Below, piece by piece: positions 49,968 to 63,175 of a DNA stretch of 64,000 nt (its first letter is position 1; the number at the start of each line of letters is the position of its first letter). The notes under the pieces are model-generated. The model saw only the letters and a program-made list of their open reading frames with translations, had not been told where the DNA came from and searched no databases. The stretch is taken from assembly GCF_006345805.1 (NCBI RefSeq), contig NC_043020.1, positions 7,316,001-7,380,000 on the forward strand, in the 5' to 3' direction. This stretch comes from Octopus sinensis (lineage: Eukaryota). The position numbers were made by a program, and so were the translations under genes.

Positions 49968-50354
49968 TATATACTCTTTACTCTTTACTTGTTTCAGTCA
50001 TTGACTGCGGCCATGCTGGAGCACCACCTTTAGTCGAGCAAATCGACCCCGGACTTATTCTTTGTAAGCCAGTACTATTCTATCAGTCTCTTTTGCCGAA
50101 CCGCTAAGTGACGGGGACGTAAACACACCAGCATAGGTTGTCAAGCAATGCTCAATGCTTAGGAACAAACACAGACCACAACTCACACCTTATATATATA
50201 CACTATATACGACAGGTTTCTTTCAGTTTCCGTCTACCAAATCCACTCACAAGGCATTGGTCGGCCCGAGGCTAGCAGAAGACACTTCCCAAGATGCCAC
50301 GCAGTGGGACTGAACCCGGAACCATGTGGTTGGTTAGCAAGCTACTTACCACAA

Positions 50355-50595
50355 AGGCGCCGTTTTTCGAGCCTAGCTAGGCTCATGGGCCTGGTTTCCA
50401 TGGCGTATGTGTTCCCCAGCTGCACGGGATGCCAGTCCCTTGCAGCGTTACTCATTTTTGCCAGCTGAGTGGACTGGAGCAACATGAAATGAAGTGTTTT
50501 GCTCAAGAACACAATGTGTCGCCCGGTCCAGGAATCGAAACTACAATCTTACGATCATGATGCTGACACCCTAACCACTAAGCCACGTGTCTCCA
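50355..50595 (-). mobile_element. tRNA-derived SINE family 4 (V-domain-like core)
   Basis: Minus strand GGCTTAGTGGTTAG...TTCGATTCC...TTCTTGAGCAAAACACTTCATTTCATGTTGCTCCAGTCCACTCAGC; relatives near 11916(-), 24505(+) and 35460(-). Confidence 0.6.
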
Positions 50596-50894
50596 CATAT
50601 ATTATTATATATATATATATATAGTAATCCTACATATATATATACACACCTATATATATACACCTATATATATAATACACACACATATATATATATACCT
50701 ATATATATACATATACACACACATATATATATATACCTATATATATATACATATACACACACATATATATATATACCTATATATATACATATACACACAC
50801 ATATATATATATACCTATATAATATACATATCCACACACATATATATATATACCTATATATATATACATATACATACACACACATATACATATT

Positions 50895-50982
50895 ACTGTT
50901 CATAATAGCTCTCTTAGACATGCCCATGGTCACTCAGACAGCCACTGTCACTAGCTATGCTGATGATACAAAATTATCACAC
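50895..50982 (+). mobile_element. Isolated RT YADD fragment from a different LINE clade
   Basis: LFIIALLDMPMVTQTATVTSYADDTKLS, flanked by TA microsatellites. Confidence 0.6.
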
Positions 50983-50985
50983 GGT

Positions 50986-50999
<14 letters not shown>

Positions 51000-51017
<18 letters not shown>

Positions 51018-52849
51018 CAAAATATTAGAGTTATAAAGACTCAGAGAAATAAACCAATCTTGAAAAGAAGACTATGGAAGCTCAACCCCCCCCCCCCAGC
51101 AAACATGAAAATTTAGAGATTTACTAATGGAAGCTTCTGATGAAAGAGGGGAAGAGTTGGGGACATATAGCTTATAGGACAATTGGAAGTTCCTGTGGAA
51201 CAATTTACTGAGGGCTACGGATGAAATCTGTGGTTGGTGCAGAGTCCCAGCTAGACCAAGGGTGACATGGTGGTAGAGCAAGAGGGTTGAGTGTTAAAAA
51301 AGCAAAAAAACGGTAGAAGCAGAGAATTATATCAGGAAGTCAAAATATGTGTGTGTGTGTGTATGTATATGTATATATATATATATATATACGATAGGCT
51401 TCTTTCAGTTTCCATCTGCCAAATCCACTCACAAGGCTTTGGTCGGCTTGAGGCTATAGTAGAAGACGCTTGCCCAAGGTGTCATGCTGTGGGACTGAAC
51501 CTGGAACCATGTGGTTGGCAAGCAAGCTATTTACCACACAGCCATCCCTGAGTGGTAAGAATGAAAGAAAAAGAACTGAAGGCAAAAATACAGCAGTCTG
51601 TACTTACTGCGAGAACTAGGCATCAGGTATACATAGCAAATGTTCTACAGTGTGAGGATCAGAGGTGTGAGGTGTTCAGGATTGCAAAGCAGTGTATCAG
51701 AGAGAATAGAGATGTGGTGGGTGAGAAATGTGTATGAATGGATAATGGTATGCTTGCACTTAGTGACCCAGAGAAGAAAGATGCATGGAAGTGTCACCAT
51801 GAAAGGTTACTACATGTGGAAAATGAATGGGAGAAGGAGAGTCTACCAAATATCGAACCAATTGAGGGATCAGCCATTAGAGTTGATAGCAGCATAATAG
51901 ATAAGGCAACAATTATTTTGAAAATAAATGTATTTTTTCAGACATATTTTTTAATTGTTTTATTTTACTATGTTTTGAATGGTGATTTCGAGGTATATTT
52001 CAAACCTTATTTATTATGAATTTTAATTCAATAATCTTGATTTTAAATTACGGCATTGGGCAGAAACGAGTTAACCCGTTTTTAGACGAAGGAACTCGTT
52101 TGCTGTCGATTTTGGCGAGTCTATCTTTTGACGAGTTAACTCGCCAGCGATGGAAAAAAAACGATTTCGGTCAAAACACATATATTCGTTTCTGCCGGGT
52201 AAGGGGTTAAGGACGTGAAGACTGGGAAAGCCCCTGGGCCATCAGGAATCATTGCTGAGATGATTAAAATCTCTAGTGGTGAAGGATACAGCTTAGTCAC
52301 CTGTAGAGTTAATCAGATTATTCAGGAAGGCACCATCCCCAAAGACTCGTGTAGTAGCATTATTGTTAGCTGCTATAAAGGGTAAAGGTGAGGCCTTAGA
52401 TAGAAACGAACTACAGGGGCATTAAATTGCTAGGCCAAGCCATGAAAGTCACTGAGGTCATTGCTCAATTGATTAGGAATAGAATTAAACGAGGTGAGAT
52501 GCAGTTTGGTTTTGTACCTGGGAAGAGTACCACTGATGCCATCTTCCTAGTCCACTTTCCATGCTAGCATGGGTTGGACAGTTCAACTGGGGTCTGTGAA
52601 GCCAGAAGGCTGCATCAGGCCCAGTCAGATCTGGCAGTGTTTCTACAGCTGGATGCCCTTCCTAACGCCAACCACTCCATGAGTGTAGTGGGTGCTTTTT
52701 ACGTGCCACCCGCACAGGTGCCAGACGGAGCTGGCAAACGGCCACGAACGGATGGTGCTTTTACGTGCCACCAGCACGGGGGCCAGGCGAGGCTGGCAAC
52801 GGACACGAACGGATGGTGCTTTTACGTGTCACGGCATGGGGGATATATA

Positions 52850-52903
<54 letters not shown>

Positions 52904-54620
52904 TATATATATGTGTATATATAGGTATATATATGTGTGTATATAGGTATATATATGCTACAGGAAAAGTACTTGGCCAAAAGTAAGCCATTGTACTTAG
53001 CCTTTGTCAACCTGGAGAAAGCTTTCGACAGAGTTCCCCACTGTTATATGGTGGTCTCCAAGGAAGTTAGGAGTAGAGGAGTGGCTGGTTAGAACTGTAC
53101 AAGCTATATACAGTGGTGCTGTCAGTAAGGTGAGAGTCGGCCTTGAGTACAGTGATGAATTTAGCATACAGGTAGGGGGTCAGCAGGGCTCAGTTCTCAG
53201 CCCACTCTTAGTCATTATAGTCCCTCAGGCCCTAAACAGAGGAATTCAAAACTGGGTGCCTATGGGAACTGTTATATGCTGATGACTTTGCTCTTAGTGC
53301 AGAATCTTTAGCAGAATTGGAGAAGAAATTCCAGGTATGGAAACAAAACCTGGAATCAAAGGGTCTTAAAGTTAACCTAGTTAAGACCGAAGTTGTTGTT
53401 AGCAAGAAAGAAGATAAAACTCTCTTTCCATCAGGTAAATGGTCCTGCTCAGTATGTAGGAAAGGTATTGGAAGAAATTCCATTCATTGCACCCAGTGTA
53501 AACTATAGACACATAAGAGGTACAGTAGAATCACAGATAGATTAACAGATAAAGTCATTTTTGTATGTGGCAGATGTGCTGGAATAATAAGCACTAAGGG
53601 CACAGGGGACTTAGATTCTCCCAAATGCCCAGGAGGCTCTCTTGAGGTTGTAGATAGTTTCTGTTAGTGAGACATGAGCTCTGAATGCAGAAGACATGTG
53701 TAGACTGGAGAAAAATGAAGGCTGTATGCTCCGTTGGATGTGCAACATCAGTGTGCATGTACAAAAAAGTGCAAATGTGTTGAGAGAAAAGTTGAGCATA
53801 AGAAGAGTTAATTGTAGCATGCAAGAGGAAAGACTACGTTGGTTTGGACATGTAATGCATATGAATGAAGACAGCTGCATAAAGAAGTGCCGATCACCGA
53901 AAGTGGATGGTACTTGCGGAAGAGGGAGACCCAGGAAGACATGGAATTAAGTGATAAGGACCATGTATTTCCTATGCAGCAGTGCACCTGTTTCTGTTGT
54001 CATTTCTTATCTCTCTCTCTCTTCAGCCGGGTAATCTTTACCTCCTCTACAACAAGACACCTGTTTCTGTCTCTCTGTCTCACTATAACCTTTAATCATC
54101 CGACACAAGATCAACTCCTCCAATGCCCCGTCCCCTTCCAAAAGAGGTTTTTTTTTTGTCTTGCAAGTACTTGGTGACCCTGTCAGTGCAGGTGCCACTT
54201 AAAAGCACCCAGTTCACACTGTAAAGTGGTTGGCATTTGGAAGGGCATCCAGCTGTAAAAAACCCTTGCCAGAACTGACCTTGCCTGTATTTGTGCCACG
54301 TAAAAAGCACTAAGTCCACTCTGGTGAGTGGCTGGTGTTAGGAAGGGCATCCAGCTTCAAAAATCCTGTCAAAACAGTTACAGAAAAGCACCATCCGGTT
54401 GTGGTCGATGCCAGCCCAATCTGGCCCCTATGCCCATGACACATAAAAAAAAAAAAACACCCACTACACTCTCAGAGTGGTTGGCGCCACAAAGGACATC
54501 CAGCTGTAGAAACACTGCCAGATCAGATTGGAGCCTGGTGCAGCCTGCTGGCTTCCGAGACCCCAGTCGAACTGTCCAACCCATGCCAGCATGGAAAACG
54601 GACGTTAAACGATGATGATA
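51000..54620 (+). mobile_element. Decayed RTE-clade LINE, copy 1, in TAF5L intron 1 (antisense to the gene), with several later insertions
   Basis: WKFLWNNLLRATDEICGW...TWW, KTGKAPGPSG, NYRGIKLL, MQFGFVPGKSTTDAIF, AFVNLEKAFDRV, QGSVLSPLL, LYADDFAL, LRWFGHVMHM...GRGRPRKTW; 3' UTR ending (GAT)n near 54610. Confidence 0.85.
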
Positions 54621-54727
54621 TAAACATCATATATATATATATATATATACCTGCATATATATACACATATATAGATACATATATATACATACATGAATAT
54701 ATGTGTATATATATGAATATGTGTGTG

Positions 54728-54783
<56 letters not shown>

Positions 54784-54810
54784 TATATATGTGCATGACT
54801 CATCATAAGG

Positions 54811-57380
54811 TCAGAGATTTAGGGACATCTTGATTGAGAAATTCGATGAAATGGTGGAGGAGCCACAGACTTGTGACATAGAGGGCAACTTGGAATTCCT
54901 GAGGGACGGCTTGCTGAGTTCCACAGGGTCATTAGAGCTAAGAAACAGGCCTGGAAGAAAGGGTGTAACAGGGAACTGTATCAGATTGCCAAAAGGGATG
55001 CAAGGAGACATATATATCTAGCCAAGGGAGAAGCAGAAAAGAATAAGTGTGCCTATGTTCAGCAATGTGAGGACCAAAAAATTGGAGTGCAAGACAGTAT
55101 GTGAGAGAAAATCGTGATGTCATAGGAGAGAAAAGTGTCTGCATGGATGATGATGTGATGATGCACTTGCATTTAATGATTCTGCTAAGAAACAGACTTG
55201 GAAATACCATTACGAAAGACTGCTGAACATGGAGAATGAGTGGGAAGAGGAGAGTCTGCTAGAAGTTGACCAGCTACCCAAATTGACAGTTCCATGGTAG
55301 ATAAAGCAATTAAGGATATGAAGACAGGAAAAGCCCCTAAAGATGCTTAAGATATCTGGTGATGTGGGTTATGGACTCCTGTCACCCGTATTGTAAATCA
55401 GGTGGTTCATGAAGGAGTCATACCCAATGACTTGTGTAGCAGCATCATAGCCAACTGCTACAAAGGTAAAGGTGATGCTGTAGATAAAAATAATTACGGA
55501 GGTATCAAATTGTTGGATCAGGTGACGAAAGTTATGGAGACAGCCATAGCCCAACTAATTAGAAAGCGAGTTAGCCTAGATTAGATGCAGTTTGGTTTTG
55601 TGCTAGGGTGAAGCATCACTGATGCTATATTTCTGGTGAGGCAGCAGCAGGAGAAATACATAGCCTGGACTCAGTCAGTGTTGACTTGGAAAAGGCCTTT
55701 GACAGGGTCTCCTGATCCCTTATCTGGTGGTCAATGCAGAAACTAGGGACAGGTGAGTGGTTGATGAGAGCTGTACAAGCTATGTACAGGGATGCTACCA
55801 GTAAGGTGAGGGTTGGCAACGAGTACAGCAAAGAATTTAGAATACAAGTAGGGGTTCACCAATGATCGATGCTCAGCCCCCTCTTGTTCATCATATAAGC
55901 TTTAATCATCTGACAAAAGATCAACTCCTCCAATGCCCCGTCCACTCTCAAAAGAGGGTTTTTTTTTTGGTCTTGCAAGTACTTGGTGACCCTGTCAGTG
56001 CAGGTGCCACTTAAAAGCACCCAATCCATACTATAAAGTGGTTGGCATTTGGAAGGGCATCCAGCTGTAAAAAACCTTGCCTGTATTTGTGCCACGTAAA
56101 AAGCACTAAGTCCACTCTGGTGAGTGGCTGGAAGCTCCTTTATGCTGATGACCTTGCTCTTATAGCTGCATCACTATCTGAACTAGAGAATAAATTCCAT
56201 ATATGCAAGCAAGGTCTAGAATGAAAGGGCCTTAGAGGTAACCTAGCAAATACCAAAGTCTTTAGTAAGTAGGAAGGAAGACAAATCACAATCCCTTCAG
56301 GTAGATGGCCATGCTCAATCTGTAGAAAAGGAGTAGATAGAAACTCCATAAGATGCACCCAGTGTATGCTTTGGACACAACAGATGCAGCAATATTAAGG
56401 GAAGGTTAACAGGGAAAATAGCTTTTGTGTGTGGAAGATGTACAGGTATAATAAATGCTAAAAATGGGCAGAAAATAGACTCCATCAACTGCCAAGGGAG
56501 CAAGCTAGAGGTAGTAGATAGCTTCCATTATCTAGGTGACCAAGTTAGTAGTGGAGATGGATGCTCTGAGAACATAGTTGTAAGAATAAGATTAGGATGG
56601 GCAAAGTTCAGGGAATTCCTACCCTTGCTTTGACAACAAAGGGCCTCTTTCTCAGAGTGAAAGGCAAATTGTTTGATGTCTGTGTGCAAACAGCTACGCT
56701 GCATGGCAGTGAAACATGGGCTGTGACAGCCGAGGAAATGTGTAGGCTTGAAATAAATGAAGCCAGTATGCTTTGCTGGGTGTGCAGTGTTAGTGTGCAT
56801 GTTCAACAGAGTGTAAGCATCTTGAGAGAAAAATTAGGCATAAGATGCATCAGATGTGGTGCGCAAGAGAGAGAACTGCACTAGTATGGTCATGTGATGC
56901 GTTTGGATGAAGACAGCTGCGTAAAGAAGTGCCAATTTCTGTGTAGGGAACCTGTGGTAAAGGTGGACCTAGGCAGCATGATCTTCAAACTTTGAGTCTC
57001 AGAGTCAATGACTAGTGACCGAGAGATATTTGGCAATGTGCTGTGCTTGACAGAACCCGTCAAGCCAAGTGCACCTGTGCTTGTAGCATGTAAAGAACAC
57101 CTTCTGAGTGTTGGGCCTCATGGAGGCTGAGTTCCTTTCTAGCGTTGGGCCTCACAAAGGCAAAATGGTTGAAGTCATTCCAAGTGTCGGGTCCCATGGT
57201 GGCAATAACCGAGACCTTTGGCATTATGTTGTGCTTGAGAAGAAGACCAAACCAAGCTGAGCAAAATCGCAGTTGTGGTAGATACCGATGTCACACAAAT
57301 TGGCACCTGAGTTGGTGGGATGTAAAGGCACCCCAGTGTCACACAAATGGCACCCATGCTGGTGGCACTCATTACACTCT
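54811..57380 (+). mobile_element. Decayed RTE-clade LINE, copy 2, in TAF5L intron 1
   Basis: KTGKAP, NYGGIKLLDQVTKV, DLEKAFDRV, LLYADDLAL, LEVVDSFHYLGD, RIRLGWAKFREFLPLL, LHGSETWAV; many stops and frameshifts. Confidence 0.85.
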
Positions 57381-57559
57381 TAGAATGATTAATAAATTAA
57401 ATTAGTGATTCGAAAACTGATGAGAGTTAGTCTAAGTACGTTGGTTCAATTGTAATCGGAATCATGAAAGTGTGAAAATGTTGAATAATACCTAATATAT
57501 ATTTGAAAAAAAAAAATATATATATATATACATCAGTATATCTGTGTGTATATATATAT

Positions 57560-57778
57560 AAAGTTAATCCAAACATGAAAACACAAAGAGAAAAGACACA
57601 ACAACGCGAAAACATGGAACAAGTCTAGTGTTATTGGACGCTTAGGAAAGGAAAGAAAGAAGTAGGATTTAACGTTTTGAGTGGAGCTCTTCGTCAGAAA
57701 CATAAGAAAAGGAAAGATCCAAGGAAGGGAAGACGGAGGAAAAATAATCGCCAACGATACAAATGCGGTCACATTTTG
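57560..57778 (-). mobile_element. Copy of the 34410 family, hammerhead core decayed
   Basis: CTGACGA A GAGC tcc ACTC AAA ACGT T AAAT at 57667-57701 (G12 changed to A). Confidence 0.65.
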
Positions 57779-57780
57779 GA

Positions 57781-57838
57781 ATATATATATAAATATATAT
57801 ACATGTGCACATATATTCATATATATATATCTTCACAC

Positions 57839-57886
<48 letters not shown>

Positions 57887-58362
57887 GTATATATAGATAG
57901 ATAGACAGACAGGTAGATAGATAGACATATATAACATAGATAGATAGATAGATAGATATAACATTCATATGTGTGTGTATATATATATTCACACACATAC
58001 TTATATATATATATACATTTAAGAACATTAACATTTATAAAAATTATTACCCATAAAAATAATGATATTAGTATGTGTGTGAATATATATATGTATATAT
58101 GTGTGTAAGTATATATATATATATATATACACACACACATATGAATATGTTATATATTTACATGTGTGTGTGTATATATATATATACATGTGTGTGAAGA
58201 TATATATATTATGTGTATATATATATATGATATATGTGTATATATATATATATATATGAATATATGTATATATATATATGAATATATGTATATATTATAT
58301 ATATATATATATATTATGAATATATGTGTATATATATGAATATATGTGTATATATGAATATA

Positions 58363-58399
<37 letters not shown>

Positions 58400-59070
58400 A
58401 TATATGTGTATATATATGAATATATGTGTATTCTGTAATATATATATATATATATATATATAATGCATATATATATATATGTACATATATATGTATATAT
58501 ATATGTACATATATATGTATATATATAATGCATATATATATATGTACATATGTATATATATATATAATGCATATATATATATATGTACATATGTATATAT
58601 ATATATAATGCATATATATGTACATATATATGTATTTATATATATAATGCATATATATATGTACATATATATGTATTTATATATATATGCATATATATAT
58701 GTACATATATATGTATATATATATTATATAATGCACATATATATGAATCTCTCTCTCTATATATATATACATATATACACACATTTGTATATGAATATAT
58801 ATTTTTTGTGTATATGCTTTTGTGTGTGTGTATATATAAATATATATATGCACACAAGTTTGTTTCATATACATTACACGTTTGTATATACATATATATA
58901 TATATATATATTTACACACACAGAAATAGGCATATTTATAAATGTGCATTCACAAATGTTTCATATATACGTATGCATTACATATCTAGGTACACACTTA
59001 CACACACCATCCCACATATATATATATATATATACATAAATATATATATATATATACATACATACACATA
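57781..59070. repeat. 1.3-kb compound TA/TG/CA microsatellite just inside TAF5L intron 1
   Basis: Directly visible. Confidence 0.95.
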
Positions 59071-59189
59071 TAGATTTGTTTTAAATACAACATGTATAGG
59101 TCTATCATCAGACACCGATTTGTCAACACACACACACAGAGTCATAGTCATACACACATAAGATAACCAAGTGTTGTTTTTGTACTCAC

Positions 59190-59258
59190 CGGATACTGTC
59201 GTCTCTTTAGATAATTGCTCATCGACATTTGAATTTGTTCATTTTTAATCCTTTTCAT
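59190..59258 (-). CDS. TAF5L: TAF5-like subunit (SAGA/PCAF WD40 protein), coding exon 1 of 15
   Basis: ATG at 59258, MKRIKNEQIQMSMSNYLKRRQYP, matching the vertebrate TAF5L start (MKRVRTEQIQMAVSCYLKRRQY, from memory). Donor GTGAGT, phase 0. Not in the ORF track because it is short. Confidence 0.9.
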
Positions 59259-59580
59259 CTTCAAATACTGAAGAAAGTCGAAACTGTTCCACTCAACAGA
59301 CATTATTGAGCGTCAAGGAAGAAGCAGCCTCCAAGTAGACATGGCACGGTGCACTCGAGAGTTCTACACCAGGGGCAGGTAATAACAAAACATAAACACG
59401 CTCTCCTGTACTCTCTTCACCAATAAAAGCATGCTTCTCTCTCTCTCTCTCTGTGTGAGCGAACATAAACACCACACGACGCCTTGGGGTAGATTCCCAT
59501 TTTACGGTCCTAAATTTAATTCTGGTGGAAAAGTGATGTGATGCTTCTCTAAGTTATTTTTACAGACAATAAAATTTGTT

Positions 59581-60125
59581 TTTCTGTCTGTCTGTCTACG
59601 TACCTACCTATCTATCTATCTACCTACCTACCTATGTCTATCTATCTACCCACCTACCTACCTATCTATCTATCTGTCTGTCCGTCTTTATAGCTATTTG
59701 TTTTCTGTCTACCTATCTATGTCTATCTATCTAAATATCTGTCTATTTATCTGTCTGTCTATCTATCTGTCTATCTACCTGTCTGTCTATCTACATGTCT
59801 GTCTATCTACCTGTCTGTCTGTCTATCTACCTGTCTGTCTATCTATCTATCTACCTGTCTGTCTGTCTATCTACCTGTCTGTCTATCTATCTATCTATCT
59901 ACCTGTCTGCCTATCTATCTACCTGCCTGTCTATCTATCTACCTGTCTGTCTGTCTGTCTACTTATCTATCTACCTGTCTGTCTGTCTATCTATCTATCT
60001 ACCTGTCTGTCTGTCTATCTATCTATCTACCTGTCTGTCTGTCTATCTATATATCTACCTGTCTGTCTGTCTATCTATCTATTTACCTGTCTGTCTGTCT
60101 ATCTATCTATTTACCTGTCTGTCTA
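59581..60125. repeat. (CTAT/CTGT/CTAC)n tetranucleotide tract upstream of TAF5L
   Basis: Directly visible. Confidence 0.95.
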
Positions 60126-60989
60126 TCAGTGTGTGTTTGTGTTGAGTGACAAACAAAAGGAAGTGGCCATCGATACATTATTTAATAACAGTTTGCCTCG
60201 GCTCCATGCAACTTAAAAGCTTCGTAGGCTCGTAGAACGAAGCCAACTCGCTAGTCATAGATCCATGCTCCAGGCAGACCAAAAACCTTGTGAGTGAATT
60301 TTGTAGACTAAAACTTTGTATTCGTCCTCCCACTGCTTGACAACCGGTGTTGGTTTATTTACGTCCCCGTAACCTAACGGTTAGGGAAAAAACGACGGAC
60401 ATAAAAGTATCAGGCCAAAAAAAAATATGTACTGGTGTCGGTTAGTTCTAAAACCCTTCAAGGCGGTGCCCCAGCATAGCCGCAGTCTAATGAATGAAAC
60501 AAGAAAACGATAAAATATATATATATGAACCAAATAGGGGCGGGAGTGGCTGTGTGGTAAGCAGCTTGCTAACCAACCACATGGTTCCGGGTTCAGTCCC
60601 ACTGCGTGGCATCTTGGGCAAGTGTCTTCTGCTATAGATTTGATAGACGGAAACTGAAAGAAGCCTATCGTATATATGTATATATATGTGTGTTTGTGTG
60701 TCTGTGTTTGTCCCCCTAGCATTGTTTGACAACCGATGCTGGTGTGTTTATGTCACCGTCACTTAGCGGTTCGGCAAAAAGTGACCGATAGAATAAGTAC
60801 TGGGCTTACAAAGAATAAATCCCGGGGTCGAGTTGCTCGACTAAAGGCGGTGCTCCAGCATGGCCGCAGTCAAATGACTGAAACAAGTAAAAGAGTAATT
60901 AAACGAGTTTTGCCAAATAGATTGGCAGCTGTTGAATATTGGCGTTCCCAAAACTCGGATAGGAATATTTCAAACAAAGTCTATGATGT

Positions 60990-61300
60990 GCCCCCATTGC
61001 ACTTATCAGCTTCTTTTTGGTCCCTTTTCCTATCTGGATCCCATTGATTGCGCGTGAACTTCAAGACCATCAGGTTGTACAAAGTTTTCGGAATGGATTT
61101 TGTTAGAACTGCGCGAGTTATTTAACTCCATGTTAAATATGTTGGACGTTATCATAGACATGTCAGCCACCGGGGGAAAAATCAAAGTTCCAGGTGTAAC
61201 AAACCTTTTCAATCAATGGTGGTAATACTTTGCAAGTTTTAGGCCATTTTCATTCTGCGTTCAATACTTCTCAACACCCAGTAATGTGGGCCTGGAGCTA
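60990..61300 (-). pseudogene. Decayed Merlin / ISXO2(IS1595)-like DDE transposase fragment
   Basis: Frameshifted peptides HYWVLRSIERR, VLPPLI/KRFVTPGTLI and HSENFVQPDGLEVHAQSMGSR resemble ISXO2-family motifs (WVFGGIER, TLLPIIxxxVxPGTxI, NHSxNFVxPxxGxHTQxIESxW) as I recall them. Confidence 0.55.
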
Positions 61301-62807
61301 TGACATGGTCGAGAACATCAACTAAATTGAAAACTGTTCAATTGTCTCGGTGTATAGTAGCAATGCCTAGTATCTTGTCCTCTCAGCAATAGTAATTTTC
61401 GCGCATTGACCTCCATCTTTGGAATATATTTAAGTTTTGGGCCGTAAAAGCGCGGTCAAAAGACCAATTTCAATTTAGGACCATAAAAGCAAAGATTTTC
61501 CAATTCATAATCACCGGAATTACAATTATACACTAATAAATATTTTAACTGAGATAACGATTTTCAGCGTATATTAACTTTCGTTATTGCATGTCAAACG
61601 GATATCTATGTCTTAACTACCCACAAGGGGCTAAACACAGAGCGGATAAACAAGGACAGACAAACGGATTAAGTCGATTATATCGACCCCCAGTGCGTAA
61701 TTGGTACTTATTTAATCGACCCCGAAAGGATGAAAGGCAAAGTCGACCTCGGCGGAATTTGAACTCAGAACGTAACGGTAGACGAAATACGGTTACGCAT
61801 TTCGCCCGGTGCGCTAACGCTTCTGCCAGCTCGCCGCCTTTGTCAAACGGATATCACCAAAACGTTAGCACGCCGGGCGAAATGCGTAGCCGCATTTCGT
61901 CTGCCGTTACGTTTTGAGTTCAAATTCCACCGAGGTTGACTTTGCCTTTCATCCTTTCGGGATCGATAAATTAAGTACCAGTTACGCACTGGAGTCTATG
62001 TAATTGACTTAATCCCTTTGTCTGTCCCGTCTATGTTTAGCCCCTTGTGGGCAATAAAGAAATATAACTGTTGTATTTTTTATTATTAAAAAAACCCCAC
62101 AAAAACATCAATTACATTGTTACTCAAATAACATTACATTCCAAGTTCAAATCCCGCGTAGATCAACTTATCATTTCTTACTCCCAGGGTTGATTAAATA
62201 AAGTACCAATTAAATATTGGAAGTCCATACTCTCAACTAACCGAATCCAGGTAAAAAAATAATATCACGGGGAATAAAATCACAGGAGTTTTGTCCTGGG
62301 GTGGGGGGTTAATCCAAGGGTGTTTTGTCCGGACCCCATAAATTGTGTTTTTTTTTTCCTAGCCAAAATTGCGACTTTATTACCAGTCACCGACTAACCA
62401 TCTTCACTCAAAATTACTGGCCTTGTACTCAAGTTAGAAACAATTATTACAGAAACGACATTACATTGTGAGTTCAAATTCCGCGCGGATCCACGCCAGT
62501 GTTTCGTCCCTTTGCGGGGACGGACGACAACCACAACAATAATAATAAAAGTACCAGACAAGTACTGGAATTCATTGTATCGGCTAATTCCTGCCTTCAA
62601 AACTACAGGACTTGCGCCTAAATCAGAAATGACATTACATTATTACTGTTTTCCGGAAAATAAACTCCCCAATCTTTTATAATATCCATCCAGCCACCCA
62701 TATTCGCCGCCCTCTTTTCACGGAAGGGTCGTGGCGATTGAGTCTTCAGGTACTTCCTTCATGAAATCCTACGGAGAAAAGAGATCTTTTATAATATCAA
62801 GAATATA

Positions 62808-63175
62808 TGGGATGGAAGCACTCCGTCGGTTACGACGATGAGGGTTCCGGTTGATCCGAATCAACGGAACAGCCTGCTCGTGAAATTAACGTGTAAGTGG
62901 CTGAGCACTCCACAGACACGTGTACCCTTAACGTAGTTCTCGGGGATATTCAGCGTGACACAGAGAGTGACAAGGCCGGCCCTTTGAAATACAGGTACAA
63001 CAGAAACAGGAAGTAAGAGTGAGAGAAAGTTGTGGTGAAAGAGTACAGCAGGGATCACCACCATCCCCTGCCGGAGCCTCGTGGAACTTTAGGTGTTTTC
63101 GCTCGGTCTGGGAATCGAAACCGCGATCCTACGACCGCGAGTCCGCTGCCCTAACCACTGGGCCATTGCGCCTCC
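62808..63175 (-). mobile_element. SINE family 3 copy
   Basis: TSD TATCAAGAATATA at 62795-807 and 63176-188; the body is nearly identical to the other two copies. Confidence 0.85.

Noticed and set aside
51909-52209. 300-bp insert in RTE copy 1 ending GGGG|TTAA (piggyBac-like end)
   Set aside because: No matching left TIR found; left unclassified.
59268-59520. Possible 5'-UTR intron acceptor (ctttcttcag) 9 nt before the TAF5L ATG
   Set aside because: No convincing upstream donor or exon identified; needs RNA data.
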